NCBI GenBank assembly: GCA_029881795.1
Contig: JAOULX010000015.1
Location: 1,810 to 65,809, forward strand
From: Gammaproteobacteria bacterium
Lineage (GTDB): Bacteria; Pseudomonadota; Gammaproteobacteria; SZUA-229
DNA length: 64,000 nucleotides
Reading direction: 5' to 3'
Shown: in pieces, positions 48,178 to 59,814 of the stretch
Layout: each line of letters begins with the position of its first letter
Numbering within the stretch: the stretch's first letter is position 1
Notes under the pieces: model-generated
The model's database searches: none
Seen by the model: only the letters and a program-made list of their open reading frames with translations
What the model was told of the DNA's origin: nothing
Translations under genes and position numbers: made by a program

Positions 48178-48281
48178 CAAACCCTCCTGGCAATACAGCA
48201 CGCGATGATTATTAATCCGCGGCCGATCCTGATAACATTAAGCATCTTAACCAATATACTCAGATGCGGAAACCATCTTTA

Positions 48282-49508
48282 ATGAAAGCTTATCTGGTCG
48301 GCGGTGCCGTTCGTGACAAATTACTTAACTATCCCGCCAATGATCGTGACTGGGTAGTCGTCGGTGCCACTATCGCTGAGATGGAAGCCGCCGGCTACCG
48401 GCTGGTCGGCAGTGACTTCCCGGTTTTTCTGCACCCAAAAACCCATGAAGAATACGCCTTAGCCCGGACCGAACGAAAAAGCGCGCACGGTTACAAAGGT
48501 TTCACGGTATCCGCATCCCCAGAGGTCACGCTAGAGGAAGACCTGCTCAGGCGTGACCTCACCATCAATGCGATGGCGGAGGATGAAGACGGCCATATTA
48601 TCGATCCATTTAATGGTCAGGCCGATCTCAACAACAGAATATTCAGGCATGTTTCAGAAGCCTTCACCGAAGACCCGCTACGGATATTACGCGTTGCAAG
48701 GTACATGGCTCGCTATAACGACATGGGTTTCAGCATTGCTGCAGAAACCATGGCACTGATGAAAGAGATTGTTGCACAGGGCGAAATTGAACACTTGGTT
48801 GTCGAACGTATCTGGCAGGAAACCGAACGTGCCATTGGCGAAAAAGCACCGCAGCGTTATTTTGAAGTCTTGCGTGAATGCGGCGCACTAAAAATCATAT
48901 TACCGGAAGTCGATATTTTGTTTGGAGTTCCGCAAACAGCTCACTATCATCCCGAAATTGATACCGGAATCCATACCATGATGGTGTTAGAACAGGCTGC
49001 AAAATTATCCACCGATAATGCGGTTCGTTTCGCCGCACTGGTGCATGATCTGGGCAAAGGCACGACACCTGAAAACGAATGGCCCAAACACATCGCCCAT
49101 GAAGAGCGCGGAGTGCCTCTGGTTAAAGCGGTCTGCGAACGCCTGAAAACACCTAATCCGTTTCGCGATCTGGCTGTGGCCGTGACCCGCTATCACCTGC
49201 ATTACCATCGCGCTGCTGAGTTACGCGATGACACCTTGCTGTCGACACTGGAAAAGCTCGATGCATTTCGCCGACCTGAGCGCTTTGAACAGTTTCTGCT
49301 GGCCTGTGAGGCAGATTCACGCGGCCGCACCGGTTTCGAACAAGCGACATTTGATCAGCCCACTATTTTCAGAGAGGCCTTTGCCGCCGCGCAAAAAATC
49401 AACGCCCAGCCATTTCTTCAGCAAGGCCTGAAAGGACCGGCTATCGCCGATGCCATTCGTAAAGCCCGTATCGACTGTATAAAACAGGCTCGCTCAGCTT
49501 ATCGTTAG
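48282..49508 (+). CDS. cca: Multifunctional CCA tRNA nucleotidyltransferase
   Basis: YLVGGAVRD, DRDWVV, ARTERK, RRDLTINA, EDPLRILR, HD domain (VHDLGK). Confidence 0.97.
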   Translation: MKAYLVGGAVRDKLLNYPANDRDWVVVGATIAEMEAAGYRLVGSDFPVFLHPKTHEEYALARTERKSAHGYKGFTVSASPEVTLEEDLLRRDLTINAMAEDEDGHIIDPFNGQADLNNRIFRHVSEAFTEDPLRILRVARYMARYNDMGFSIAAETMALMKEIVAQGEIEHLVVERIWQETERAIGEKAPQRYFEVLRECGALKIILPEVDILFGVPQTAHYHPEIDTGIHTMMVLEQAAKLSTDNAVRFAALVHDLGKGTTPENEWPKHIAHEERGVPLVKAVCERLKTPNPFRDLAVAVTRYHLHYHRAAELRDDTLLSTLEKLDAFRRPERFEQFLLACEADSRGRTGFEQATFDQPTIFREAFAAAQKINAQPFLQQGLKGPAIADAIRKARIDCIKQARSAYR

Positions 49509-49580
49509 TCAGTATTGCGCTTTTAGCGCAAGCGAATATGCTAAAATCCTGTTTTTCTGATTATTCGATAAGCACACTGC

Positions 49581-50927
49581 ATGAGCACTACTACCAGACC
49601 CCCTAAAGTCGGCTTTGTCAGCCTTGGCTGCCCAAAAGCCACTGTCGATTCCGAGCACATCATTACTCAGCTACGTGCCGAGGGCTATGAACTATCATCC
49701 AGCTATGAAGACTCCGATCTGGTAGTGGTCAATACCTGCGGATTTATCGACAGCGCCGTCGAAGAATCGCTGGATACCATTGGCGAAGCACTGGCTGAAA
49801 ATGGCAAGGTTATCGTTACCGGTTGTCTGGGCGCAAAAGATACCGTGGTACTGGATAACTACCCGAATGTATTAGCCGTCACCGGCCCGCATGCGCAGGC
49901 AGAAGTCATGCAGGTGGTACATCAACACCTGCCAAAACCACACGACCCATACACCGACTTGGTACCACCTGCCGGCGTAAAACTGACGCCAAAACATTAT
50001 TCCTATTTAAAAATATCGGAAGGCTGCAACCACGGCTGCACATTCTGCATTATTCCGGACCTGCGCGGCAAACTAGTCAGCCGTGATATCAGCTCAGTAA
50101 TGACCGAAGCTGAGAATCTGGTCAATGGTGGTTGCGGTGAATTACTGGTGATTTCACAAGACACCAGCGCCTATGGTGTCGATCTTAAATACCGCACTGA
50201 TTTTCACGGCACTCAGCCGATTAAAACCAATATGGAAGAACTGGCAAAAAATCTGGGCGCCTTAGGTGTCTGGGTTCGAATGCATTATGTTTATCCCTAC
50301 CCCAGCGTTGATAACATTATTCCATTAATGGCTGACGGATTAATTCTGCCCTATCTGGATATTCCATTTCAGCATGCCAGCCAGTCGGTATTAAAAAATA
50401 TGAAACGCCCTGCCAGTGCCGAAAATGTATTGAAACGGATTGAAAACTGGCGCCAGATTTGTCCCGACATTACATTACGCAGCACTTTCATCACCGGTTT
50501 CCCCGGTGAAACAGAACAAGACTTTCAGATTCTGCTCGACTTTTTAGACGAAGCACAGCTCGACCGAGTTGGTGCATTCGCCTACTCAGATGTCGAAGGC
50601 GCTAAAGCCAACGCGTTAGCCGGTGCGGTGCCTGAAGAACTAAGAAAAGAGCGACTGCAACGCTTCATGTTAAAACAGGCCGAAATCAGCGCTGCCAAGT
50701 TGCAGCAAAAAATCGGCCAACGAATGACCGTACACATCGACGGTTACGATGAAGAAAGCGGTGAAGTTCTGGCCCGATCAAAAGCCGATGCTCCCGATAT
50801 TGACGGCATGGTGATATTACCTGCCATCGAGGGTTTTCAGGCCGGTGATTTCTTAGAAGTTATAATCACCGATGCTGATGAACACGATCTGTACGCAAAC
50901 CCTGTACACCCGGATGACGACTGGTGA
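49581..50927 (+). CDS. rimO: Ribosomal protein S12 methylthiotransferase RimO
   Basis: [34 protein letters not shown] domain. Confidence 0.97.
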   Translation: MSTTTRPPKVGFVSLGCPKATVDSEHIITQLRAEGYELSSSYEDSDLVVVNTCGFIDSAVEESLDTIGEALAENGKVIVTGCLGAKDTVVLDNYPNVLAVTGPHAQAEVMQVVHQHLPKPHDPYTDLVPPAGVKLTPKHYSYLKISEGCNHGCTFCIIPDLRGKLVSRDISSVMTEAENLVNGGCGELLVISQDTSAYGVDLKYRTDFHGTQPIKTNMEELAKNLGALGVWVRMHYVYPYPSVDNIIPLMADGLILPYLDIPFQHASQSVLKNMKRPASAENVLKRIENWRQICPDITLRSTFITGFPGETEQDFQILLDFLDEAQLDRVGAFAYSDVEGAKANALAGAVPEELRKERLQRFMLKQAEISAAKLQQKIGQRMTVHIDGYDEESGEVLARSKADAPDIDGMVILPAIEGFQAGDFLEVIITDADEHDLYANPVHPDDDW

Positions 50928-50933
50928 TCAGCG

Positions 50934-50970
50934 ATGATCTGATGCTGATTCACTATCGGCATCAGATCAT
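50934..50970. terminator. Strong hairpin after rimO
   Basis: atgatctgatgctga...tcggcatcagatcat, followed by an A-run (U-tract would be on the minus strand). Confidence 0.5.
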
Positions 50971-51322
50971 AAAAAACATTTCAATAATTTCAATCCAAAA
51001 AACCAAATTGAAACCGGGTTTCCTGCCTGTCAATTTATAAAGAACGTACTTGTCTCAACATATAACACAAGCGAAGCAATCCTGATTTCAACCCGCACAC
51101 TGCATTAACGATTGTTTATATTCTAAAGCGTTAATCTGCGCACAACATTATAAAAAACATCGCAGCTTAATCTTCAAACTGATAGTATAAAAGTTAAATA
51201 AAAAAAATATAACGCCTCATTTAAACCATTTTATTGATTACGCACTGCGCCTTAGCACTGCTTTAATTTTCTATGCCATAAAACATAATTAAAGAAATGG
51301 CATTATTACCAGGGATGCGATA

Positions 51323-54300
51323 ATGCCAGCCACAAGCAGCATACTGCAACAGAGAATAGATCAGCTCGAGCAGCTGATCAGCAACACACATGATGACTTA
51401 AACAAGAAAATACTTGAGCTTAAATTTGAATTAAATGATTTGCGCCAGCAACTCAATAACGAAACTGCAGCAGAGTCTGAATCAGCAGCCGGTCCCGATG
51501 CACTCGTCGCATACAACCCTCACACGCCATCCGCATTTGTCAGCCCTGCGCCTGCAGAGGAGACTGAGTCCATAAATGCAGGAAACACAGCGTCAATCCA
51601 GAGTACATCAACAGGCTGGAATGAAAACAGTTCAAAACCAATCATAAGCGCCCAATCGATAGTTTTCGTTCGCCAGTTTTTTTTAACTATCTTTTATTTT
51701 ATGCTGAACCATCTAAGCCTTTTCATCAGCCCGATTCAAGCACTTGCACACCGATCAAAACACCTTTATCAGCATTATAAAGACCATGGCAAGGCACCCG
51801 TATTTTTAATGACAGTTGCCGGCCTGATCACCTTAACCGTAGGCTTTGGCTATCTGTTGCAATACTCTTTTAATACACTGTTCAATGACACACTAAAAGC
51901 ACTGACAGGTTTTTTACTGGGCATCATCATTATCATATCCGGCAGTTTACTGGCCAGAAAAAAGCCTGACTACAGTGAATATGCTGCCAGCGTCATTGCG
52001 CTGGGTGTAATATTTAATTATTTATCCGCCTATTTTATTGGGCCGTATTTCAACATCATCTCAGACAGCAGCAGCCTTATATTGTTATGCGTGATCACTC
52101 TGGCTTCGTTTCTACTTGCATTGCTATTTGAAACTCGTGTAGTCGCCATCACCACACTTGTCGGTGGTGTTTTTATGCCATTTATTTTTGCTGATGTTAA
52201 CTCCACCGGCCTCGTCTTTATTGCTTACCTGTTTATTCTTAGCTCTGCCAATCTCTACCTCAGTAACAAAATACAATGGCCCGCTCTTGGCAAATTTACG
52301 TTTATACTCAGCCTGTCGGTGCTTGAATATATCGGTATCCGCGACAATGCCAGCGCCGTTTTGAGCCTGATACTATTGAGCGCATTTCTTTATTTATATG
52401 TTTATTACTGGTCATTCAAAGGCAGCCGGTTAAAACAACAGATCACAAGATACGACATCACATTTCTGCTCTCTAACAGCTTTTATTTTATTTACGCCGT
52501 ACTGCATACAGAACATAGCCAGTCATTAATAGCCAGTATTTTTATACTTCATGCACTGCTGCTATCAGCCTTTGTGCTGTTGTTCCGAATCATACACAGC
52601 ACTTTGGCAGCCGCTTATTTATTGATGATAAGCGTACTCATTGCCTGCTCGGTCTTTGTACTGGCTCCGCTCAACCTGTCTGCACTGATTTGGGCACTCG
52701 AGGGACTGGTTCTGGTCTTCATCGGTTTTCATTACCCGCATAAGCTGCTGCGAGCAGAAGGTTACGCCATCTACTTTATCGCCATGCTCAGTCTGTTATC
52801 GCATCTTCTTATCAACTATGACTACTCATCATTCTCTGCACAACAGGGCTCGGAAGCCTGGTTAAACCTGTCTGCTTTTGGTTTCTTAAGCCTGCTTGCT
52901 TACCGCTTAATTGCATACTTTAAGTCTGCTACAGAAAAAGCAGAGCAGACGGCGGGATTTATCATAAATGAAACTTTTAGTTTATGGGGAGCTGTTTTTT
53001 TAAGCCTACTGTTTACTCTATATACCGCTGACCTCGCTCCTGTTTTAACCGTCATACCGCTGGCATGGTGTTTTTACCGGGCAGCAAAATTCAGGCTACG
53101 ACTGGCTCAGCTCATTGGTTTTTACTATCTGTTTGTTCTTGCTCTTTACGTCTTATATCAAATGTTCTCAGCCAGAAGCAGCATTATTTCTGAACAGAGC
53201 ACATTGACCCAGATCGCACTTTTTGAACTGGTATTTTTTTCCTGGGGTCTACACCTTTACTATCAGTATTTCGCACTGACAGGCCGCGCCCAGAACCTGG
53301 CAAAGAAAATTCATCAACTAACTTTTTATCTGCCGGTTATTATAATCTGCTCCAGCCTGATCAATATTTTCTTTAACCTTTCAAACCAAAAAACCATGTC
53401 TTTCGATGCGCTCTGGTTTGATTTTATTATTAGCGCCGCGTTGTTATTACTGGCATATTTATCAGCCAATAAATCCTCTGCCTTTATCAGACAGCAGCAG
53501 AGCTCGTCCGCTCACTACATAACACAGGAATCGGTTTCTTTATTTATCAGCGCTTTCTTTTTATACAGTACAGCGATTCTCTTCAGTGAATGGATGTACA
53601 ACGCAGCCGCTATTCCTTTATTGTATTTACTACACCGCAGCCTGAAATATAAACTACCATTAACCGAACTATTGGCATGGTTTCACTTTGCTTTCTTTTT
53701 TGTCATCAGCTGGCTTCAGTATAAGTCGGTTGGTAACCTGCACTTTTCCGAACAGGCGCTGAGCACACAAATTGTCTGGCTAGAATTATTACTTTGCAGC
53801 TGGTTAATGCGGCTGATTTATGAGCGCACTGACAAACAGGCCAGGCTGTACCAGCTGGCAGTACATCTGCGCACTAGCGTTTACTTACTGATACCGCTAC
53901 TGATGTTGCCACGTATCATTCGGCTCTATCCACAATACCTTGCTGCAACATTATGGCTGTCATTTACCATCAGCTGGCTGATGCATAAAAAACTTAAAAT
54001 TAACGCTCTGCAACATCAGCTCAGCATACTCTATATGACCGCAATCTTATCTAGCATACTGGTATCACTTAATGCGTTGACAGGTGACCCTGAACTGCCG
54101 GGGCTGATTGCCATCGTAGCCGGTGCATTTGTCATCAGCCTTTTCAACTATAGCGAAAAAGCATTGACTGCTGTTTCCCGGCAATACACTAACTACCTTA
54201 GCATTCAGCAAAGCAGTCCGTATTTCTATGGCTTTGCAGTGGCCGCTCTCAGTTATTCTTTAACTGGTCAGCTAAACCTGGCTATTTTCTTAAGCGCTGT

Positions 54301-54883
54301 GTTCTTTTTATACCTGAGTCAGGAGAGACGTCTGCTTATCATTATGAAGCGCAGCCTGATCTTATCCTACTCATTGGCATGGATGGGTCTCTGCATCGTC
54401 CCTGTCATTATTTTTTTACAAGCCAAGCTGTCCTTCACCGACATTGTGGTCAACCTGCTAAGTTTGCTCGCACTGTGGTTTTTAAGTCATCAACCAAGAG
54501 CCGTCTTCAGACTATTACAAAGAAACGGTTTCAGCCAAGTGATTCAGTTATGGCTGTTTCATATAATGGCTTTCTGCGTTTACAGCGCTATCCTCAATAC
54601 TTCTTTTGAGGCCTGGTCGGTCGGAACATCTCTGGCCATGCTGATGCACGCAGTTGTCGTGCTGTTTTTAACTTTGCAAACAAAGTACAAAGCCTTACTG
54701 CGCTTATCCATTAGCTTATACGCATTAACAGCGATCAAGCTTTTATTTCACGATATGACCGACTTTAATCATATTCATAAAGTGATCGCATTAATGGGCA
54801 TCGGCAGCATTCTTATGCTGGCCGCGTTTATTTTTCAGAGAGCGCGTAATAACCGCAATCTGGAAATTACTGATGCAGTCTAA
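51323..54883 (+). CDS. Large polytopic membrane protein, DUF2339-like
   Basis: N-terminal coiled coil and Pro/Ala linker, GLITLTVGFGYLLQYS, LIWALEG, KLLFHD...KVIALMGIG C-terminus; many TM segments. Confidence 0.75.
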   Translation: MPATSSILQQRIDQLEQLISNTHDDLNKKILELKFELNDLRQQLNNETAAESESAAGPDALVAYNPHTPSAFVSPAPAEETESINAGNTASIQSTSTGWNENSSKPIISAQSIVFVRQFFLTIFYFMLNHLSLFISPIQALAHRSKHLYQHYKDHGKAPVFLMTVAGLITLTVGFGYLLQYSFNTLFNDTLKALTGFLLGIIIIISGSLLARKKPDYSEYAASVIALGVIFNYLSAYFIGPYFNIISDSSSLILLCVITLASFLLALLFETRVVAITTLVGGVFMPFIFADVNSTGLVFIAYLFILSSANLYLSNKIQWPALGKFTFILSLSVLEYIGIRDNASAVLSLILLSAFLYLYVYYWSFKGSRLKQQITRYDITFLLSNSFYFIYAVLHTEHSQSLIASIFILHALLLSAFVLLFRIIHSTLAAAYLLMISVLIACSVFVLAPLNLSALIWALEGLVLVFIGFHYPHKLLRAEGYAIYFIAMLSLLSHLLINYDYSSFSAQQGSEAWLNLSAFGFLSLLAYRLIAYFKSATEKAEQTAGFIINETFSLWGAVFLSLLFTLYTADLAPVLTVIPLAWCFYRAAKFRLRLAQLIGFYYLFVLALYVLYQMFSARSSIISEQSTLTQIALFELVFFSWGLHLYYQYFALTGRAQNLAKKIHQLTFYLPVIIICSSLINIFFNLSNQKTMSFDALWFDFIISAALLLLAYLSANKSSAFIRQQQSSSAHYITQESVSLFISAFFLYSTAILFSEWMYNAAAIPLLYLLHRSLKYKLPLTELLAWFHFAFFFVISWLQYKSVGNLHFSEQALSTQIVWLELLLCSWLMRLIYERTDKQARLYQLAVHLRTSVYLLIPLLMLPRIIRLYPQYLAATLWLSFTISWLMHKKLKINALQHQLSILYMTAILSSILVSLNALTGDPELPGLIAIVAGAFVISLFNYSEKALTAVSRQYTNYLSIQQSSPYFYGFAVAALSYSLTGQLNLAIFLSAVFFLYLSQERRLLIIMKRSLILSYSLAWMGLCIVPVIIFLQAKLSFTDIVVNLLSLLALWFLSHQPRAVFRLLQRNGFSQVIQLWLFHIMAFCVYSAILNTSFEAWSVGTSLAMLMHAVVVLFLTLQTKYKALLRLSISLYALTAIKLLFHDMTDFNHIHKVIALMGIGSILMLAAFIFQRARNNRNLEITDAV

Positions 54884-55168
54884 AACTTAGTGTGTCGATA
54901 TTCACACCTGTTTTATTTCGGCATCTCAAAATAAATATCACGTCTTCAGTTACCCGCTGCTTACTGCACATCTCGGTGGTATTTGCATGCGATTTTATTC
55001 GGGATATTACGTAAAGAATTTTTACAATTGATGATTTTCAAACAGCCGGAAGTTATGATGCCGACCCGCTAAAGAAGCACCTTTTGCTTGCTAGTATTAC
55101 CGGTAACAGTGACATTAGTATTGAGCGGGATTTCGCGCTGTATTTAACAGCGACAATAGCGACATTCT

Positions 55169-55199
55169 AACTGCCGCTTTAACGGCAGTTTTCTTCTTC
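55169..55199. terminator. Hairpin between convergent genes
   Basis: aactgccg-ctttaa-cggcagtt followed by pyrimidines. Confidence 0.55.
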
Positions 55200-55228
55200 G
55201 CATTGTTTATTTGCCAGCCCAGAAGCTT

Positions 55229-57463
55229 TTAAGAAAAGAGCAAGGCTGGTACACCGTTATCTTCAGATATTTTCGCCTCACCTAATAACGCAGTAATCGC
55301 CGCCATTGATACTGGCCGACCGAACAAGAAGCCCTGCATATTACGACAGCCCAGTGATTTCAACAGCTCAAACTGACTGATCTCTTCAACACCCTCAGAA
55401 ATAATCTGCAGCTTCAATCCTTTTGCCATCTCGATAATGGCTTTAACAATCGAGTATGCTCCCTGATTTGATTCCATTTGCTGAACAAATGACTGATCAA
55501 TTTTCAGCGTATCGATTGGCAGTTTTTGCAAATAATTTAATGATGAGTATCCAGTGCCAAAATCATCAACAGCAATACTGATTCCCAGCGCACTAAGCCT
55601 CCCAAGCACACTGACAACGGTATCCATATCTTCCATCAGAACATTTTCTGTAATTTCTATTTCCAGCATATCACCGCTGATATCATGCTTTTTTAGCGCT
55701 GCTTGAATTTTATTAACAATTTCCGGGTGTTCAAACTGCCTTGCCGACATATTCACGGCCACTTTAGGTATTAACACCCCGCTCTCTCTCCAGTGCTTTA
55801 AGTCCCGGCAAACTCTGTCGAGTATCCAGTCACCTATCGGCAGAATTAATCCGGTTTCTTCACACAGCGGAATAAACTCTGAAGGCTGCACCATACCATG
55901 GCTCGGGTGTGTCCAGCGTATCAGCGCCTCAACAGAAACAATTTTATTTTTAAAAGCATCAATTTGTGGCTGATAGTGAATTGAAAACTGCTTATTAGTC
56001 ATTGCCCGGCGCAGATCATACTCCAGAGAAAAACTCGCTGACAGTTCCTCATGCATCGTGTCATTGTAAAACTTGTATCCGTCTTTAGCTTTATTCTTTA
56101 CTGCATACATGGCGATATCGGCATGTTTTAGCAAACTCTCAATACTATCCCCATCATCCGGGTAATGCGCTATACCGATACTGGTAGTAATAAAGATTTC
56201 CTCTCCATCAAGATCAAACGGCATCTTAAGCGCTTCTATGATTTTATTAGCAACAAATTCTGAATCGCTTCTGCTATGAATTTCTGGCAGCAGTATGGTG
56301 AACTCATCACCTCCGATTCTTGACAGGGTATCGCATTCACGAATACATTTATTCAGCCTCAGCGCAACGCTTTGTAATAATTTATCACCGACAAGATGCC
56401 CTAACGTATCGTTGACGTTTTTAAAACGATCAAGATCAAGAAACATCACTGACAGCTTGTTCTTATTTCGCTTTGCCAGTGCGATCGACTGCTCCAGCCG
56501 GTCCTTAAGTAGCGCTCTGTTAGGCAACCGGGTCAGTGTGTCGTGATAAGCCTGAAAATATATTATCCGTTCAGATTCTTTTTTATCTGTAATATCCCTG
56601 GCCACGCCGTAGGTTCCAATAAATGTATTATCGTTATCCTGTGAATTATAAATTCCAAACGAACTGACTGTTATCGGCAGCATTTGTGATTCAAAATACT
56701 TCACTTCAGGTTTTGTTTCATGGCACTTCAGTCTCAGCTCAACATTAAACGAGGCTCTTTTACCGGTTCTTCTTTCATTGAAACTATACCTGGCCATTTC
56801 AAGGTCATCGGGATGAATGATAGTTGTGTAATGTTTACCCAGCACATCCTGCTTACTATAACCCAGAGTTTTTTCCAGCCGGTCGTTAACAAACGTAAAG
56901 CAACCTTCTTCATCTAGCATGTAGACAATATCCGGCGATTTATTAACGATATAACGATGCAGGTTTTCAGATTTAAGCAGGCGCAGCTGCATGGCCTGAT
57001 TTTCATGTTCTAACTGGCGTTTTTTAAAGGCATTTTTTAACGCATTAAGCATGCCATCGATTGAATACGGCTTGCCTATATAATCATAAGCGCCGTACTT
57101 CAGAGATTTTTCTGCTGCCTCAAACGTGGTCTCACCACTGACCACAATAACCGTTGTATCTATCTGCTGCGTCCGGATATATTTCATCACATCCAGACCG
57201 CTGATATCCGGCATATTAAGATCCAGCAACAGCAGATCTATGACTCCACTATCGAGCATTTTCAGCGCTTCTTTTGCACTGCCACACACCAATACTTCAT
57301 AACCTTCACTGTCAATAACCTGTTTAAGACTGTTTCTCTGATTTTCCTCATCATCAACAATCAACACCACTTCTGTATATGGCAAACTACTGTCATTACT
57401 GTTTTCATCCAAATAAAAACTATCCCTTTTTCCCAGTCCATTTGTATTTATATTTTTCATCAT
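55229..57463 (-). CDS. REC-PAS-GGDEF-EAL response regulator (c-di-GMP synthesis/degradation)
   Basis: VDDEE, LLDLNMP; PAS; RIGGDEF; VEALIRW; DDFGTGYSSL. Confidence 0.95.
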   Translation of the reverse strand: MMKNINTNGLGKRDSFYLDENSNDSSLPYTEVVLIVDDEENQRNSLKQVIDSEGYEVLVCGSAKEALKMLDSGVIDLLLLDLNMPDISGLDVMKYIRTQQIDTTVIVVSGETTFEAAEKSLKYGAYDYIGKPYSIDGMLNALKNAFKKRQLEHENQAMQLRLLKSENLHRYIVNKSPDIVYMLDEEGCFTFVNDRLEKTLGYSKQDVLGKHYTTIIHPDDLEMARYSFNERRTGKRASFNVELRLKCHETKPEVKYFESQMLPITVSSFGIYNSQDNDNTFIGTYGVARDITDKKESERIIYFQAYHDTLTRLPNRALLKDRLEQSIALAKRNKNKLSVMFLDLDRFKNVNDTLGHLVGDKLLQSVALRLNKCIRECDTLSRIGGDEFTILLPEIHSRSDSEFVANKIIEALKMPFDLDGEEIFITTSIGIAHYPDDGDSIESLLKHADIAMYAVKNKAKDGYKFYNDTMHEELSASFSLEYDLRRAMTNKQFSIHYQPQIDAFKNKIVSVEALIRWTHPSHGMVQPSEFIPLCEETGLILPIGDWILDRVCRDLKHWRESGVLIPKVAVNMSARQFEHPEIVNKIQAALKKHDISGDMLEIEITENVLMEDMDTVVSVLGRLSALGISIAVDDFGTGYSSLNYLQKLPIDTLKIDQSFVQQMESNQGAYSIVKAIIEMAKGLKLQIISEGVEEISQFELLKSLGCRNMQGFLFGRPVSMAAITALLGEAKISEDNGVPALLFS

Positions 57464-59568
57464 GGCTTTACTGCTTCACTAATAGGAAAATGAATACTAA
57501 ACATTGTGCCGGAGCTGTTTGTCCTGCAGGTTATATCTCCGCCCATATCATCAATCAGGCTTTTCACAATACTCAGTCCCAAACCTGAGTGCTGCTGACC
57601 CTTTGTACTTTTCACCGGTTTATATAAATTATTCAGCACCATATCCGGTAGTCCCGGCCCTGTATCCTGAATCTCTATTTCAACAAATCGTTTTCCACTG
57701 ATGTTTATATTTCTTGTTGCAACTGACAACTGTTTTTCATTGTCCATTGCTTCTACTGAATTTTTTATCAGATTAGTCAGTATTTGTTTTATTGAATTTT
57801 TATTTGCCGATATAAGACACAGATTACTCTCAAGTTCTTTGTTAGCTGTGATACCGTGAGTAACATAAAGTGATGACATCATGATGCTGTGCATTGTATT
57901 AATGACATCATTAACATTAATTTGCTGTAACTGATCAGGGTCTGTTAGTCCATCTAGGCTTTTGTCACACTTAAGCACCACACTGCCAACACGGTCTATT
58001 TCTTCGGCAATAATTCGCAGATCAAGCTGCACCTGATCATTTTCACTAAAACGCTTACCCAGCACATGCAGATAATTTTTAATAACCGCCAGCGGATTAT
58101 TGACTTCGTGAATAATTTCCCGCGACCTGGCGCGAATCATTTCCTGGGTTTCCGCTATGAATTCCTTTTTTTCTTCACGCTTACTCAGCGCAGCGCAAAC
58201 AACGGCCGCCACTTCTGCAGCGTATATTGTCAGCAGTGCAGATCTCTCCATCAGTTTTTGATATTGTTGTTGGCCGCACCCCGCCACGATCATACCTGCG
58301 TACTGACCTGCCTGTAGCAAAGGCACACACATCATCCCTTCTGCATCCAGCGCTTTGATAATCTGCTGATCAACCACGGGTTGCAGGCTTTCATTTACCT
58401 GTGCAAACGATGACATGATATCCCCGTTCTTTAATGACACGGCAAGCAGACTGTCTGAGTTATCGCTGATTCTAATGGCTTCGAGAATCGCTTTATTAAA
58501 TCGAATACTGGTCTGTTGTGGCAGCAAACAGCTGCTTTCTTTGTCGTATAAAAACAGGCAGCTTTTATTCAGACCAAACAACATCATCATGCTTTTTTGT
58601 ATTGCACTGAAATCAATACCATCCGCAGTTGACGGCAGTGGCTGAACGGCAGCCTGAGTCAGGCTGATATCTCTGATCGCTGCGGCCAACTGAATATGTT
58701 TTTTCTCATCATGCTCAGCAATCGCATCACTGTCATCAATATCAATCTGTAATGAGCTGGCGAGTTTATTGACTTCGATGTCTGCCTTGCTGACAACATC
58801 CTCCAGAACAGAATCGGTTAAGTCAAATAGCTGCTGATCATAATCCGCTGTTTCGGTGTTACCGATTGTGGTCAGCCGATTTGCCAGATTAATAATTTTC
58901 ACCAAATGGTGCGCTTCCCGAATTTCCTGACTACTCGCGTGATGATATTTAACCGCTTCAGTAATCACTTCCGGCACAGACCATAAGGACAGTAACTGTG
59001 CTCCCACCTGATCATGGGTTATATGATATTTTTCAAATTCAGACTGATGCAGTTGCTGTGCCGAAACGCTATTACGGACTAACTGGCTGTATTCATTCTT
59101 TGACAGACTCTCAAATACCATCTGACCTATATCATGCAGCAATCCGGCCAGATAAGCCTCTTCCGGGTTTTCATAAGCCGTTAGCTTTGCCAGGGATTTA
59201 GCGACGATGGCCGTGTATAGCGTATGCTTCCAGAAATTTTTTAAAAAATGTGTTTTTTCTCTGCTGTAATGCGAAAAAAACTGCTGAACCGAAGCCGTTA
59301 TTGCAATCGATTTAATGGTATCCAGCCCCAGAAATAACAGGATCTGTTTATGCGTGGTTAATTTACCGACTTTGCCATAGACCGGTGAATTAGCCACCGA
59401 TATTAATTTCGCCGATAGCACGGCATCTTTAGCAATGATCGCGGTCAATTTATCAAAACAGGCATTTTCATCATGACAGGCATCGAGCAGTTTAATCAAG
59501 ACATGCGGCAACGAGGGCAGCTTAGTTAGCCCCATTTCTTCAAGTAAGTTCGTCGCATTATTCCCCAT
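57460..59568 (-). CDS. HDOD-GAF-histidine kinase
   Basis: LPSLP, VANSPVY, AGLLHDIG HDOD; HEVNNPL H-box; NLIKNSVEA, DTGPG, GLGL. Confidence 0.9.
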   Translation of the reverse strand: MGNNATNLLEEMGLTKLPSLPHVLIKLLDACHDENACFDKLTAIIAKDAVLSAKLISVANSPVYGKVGKLTTHKQILLFLGLDTIKSIAITASVQQFFSHYSREKTHFLKNFWKHTLYTAIVAKSLAKLTAYENPEEAYLAGLLHDIGQMVFESLSKNEYSQLVRNSVSAQQLHQSEFEKYHITHDQVGAQLLSLWSVPEVITEAVKYHHASSQEIREAHHLVKIINLANRLTTIGNTETADYDQQLFDLTDSVLEDVVSKADIEVNKLASSLQIDIDDSDAIAEHDEKKHIQLAAAIRDISLTQAAVQPLPSTADGIDFSAIQKSMMMLFGLNKSCLFLYDKESSCLLPQQTSIRFNKAILEAIRISDNSDSLLAVSLKNGDIMSSFAQVNESLQPVVDQQIIKALDAEGMMCVPLLQAGQYAGMIVAGCGQQQYQKLMERSALLTIYAAEVAAVVCAALSKREEKKEFIAETQEMIRARSREIIHEVNNPLAVIKNYLHVLGKRFSENDQVQLDLRIIAEEIDRVGSVVLKCDKSLDGLTDPDQLQQINVNDVINTMHSIMMSSLYVTHGITANKELESNLCLISANKNSIKQILTNLIKNSVEAMDNEKQLSVATRNINISGKRFVEIEIQDTGPGLPDMVLNNLYKPVKSTKGQQHSGLGLSIVKSLIDDMGGDITCRTNSSGTMFSIHFPISEAVKP

Positions 59569-59814
59569 GTCATTAATATTATTAATATTATTGATATCGT
59601 GTCAATCTAATTTGCCGAAATAGCCAGATTTTCGTCAGATTAAAGATGCTCCATTGCAAATGGCAGCTAAACAACAGTAAACAGGCATTTGTATCTTACG
59701 AACTACTCAGCACTGCAAATAACGCAAATTCCGCAACCCATACCAACAAATTAATGGTAGCATCCACTGTAAACGTTCAATCAAATATGATTTTATTTAG
59801 ACACAGTTTTGAGA

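Noticed and set aside
46867..48281. Intact prophage around the spanin-like genes
   Set aside because: No integrase, structural, holin or endolysin genes; the flanks are housekeeping genes.
59569..59814. c-di-GMP riboswitch or sigma28 promoter between the HDOD kinase and FlhG-like genes
   Set aside because: Only a partial GCCGAAAT with no properly spaced TAAA; no GEMM-type motif seen.
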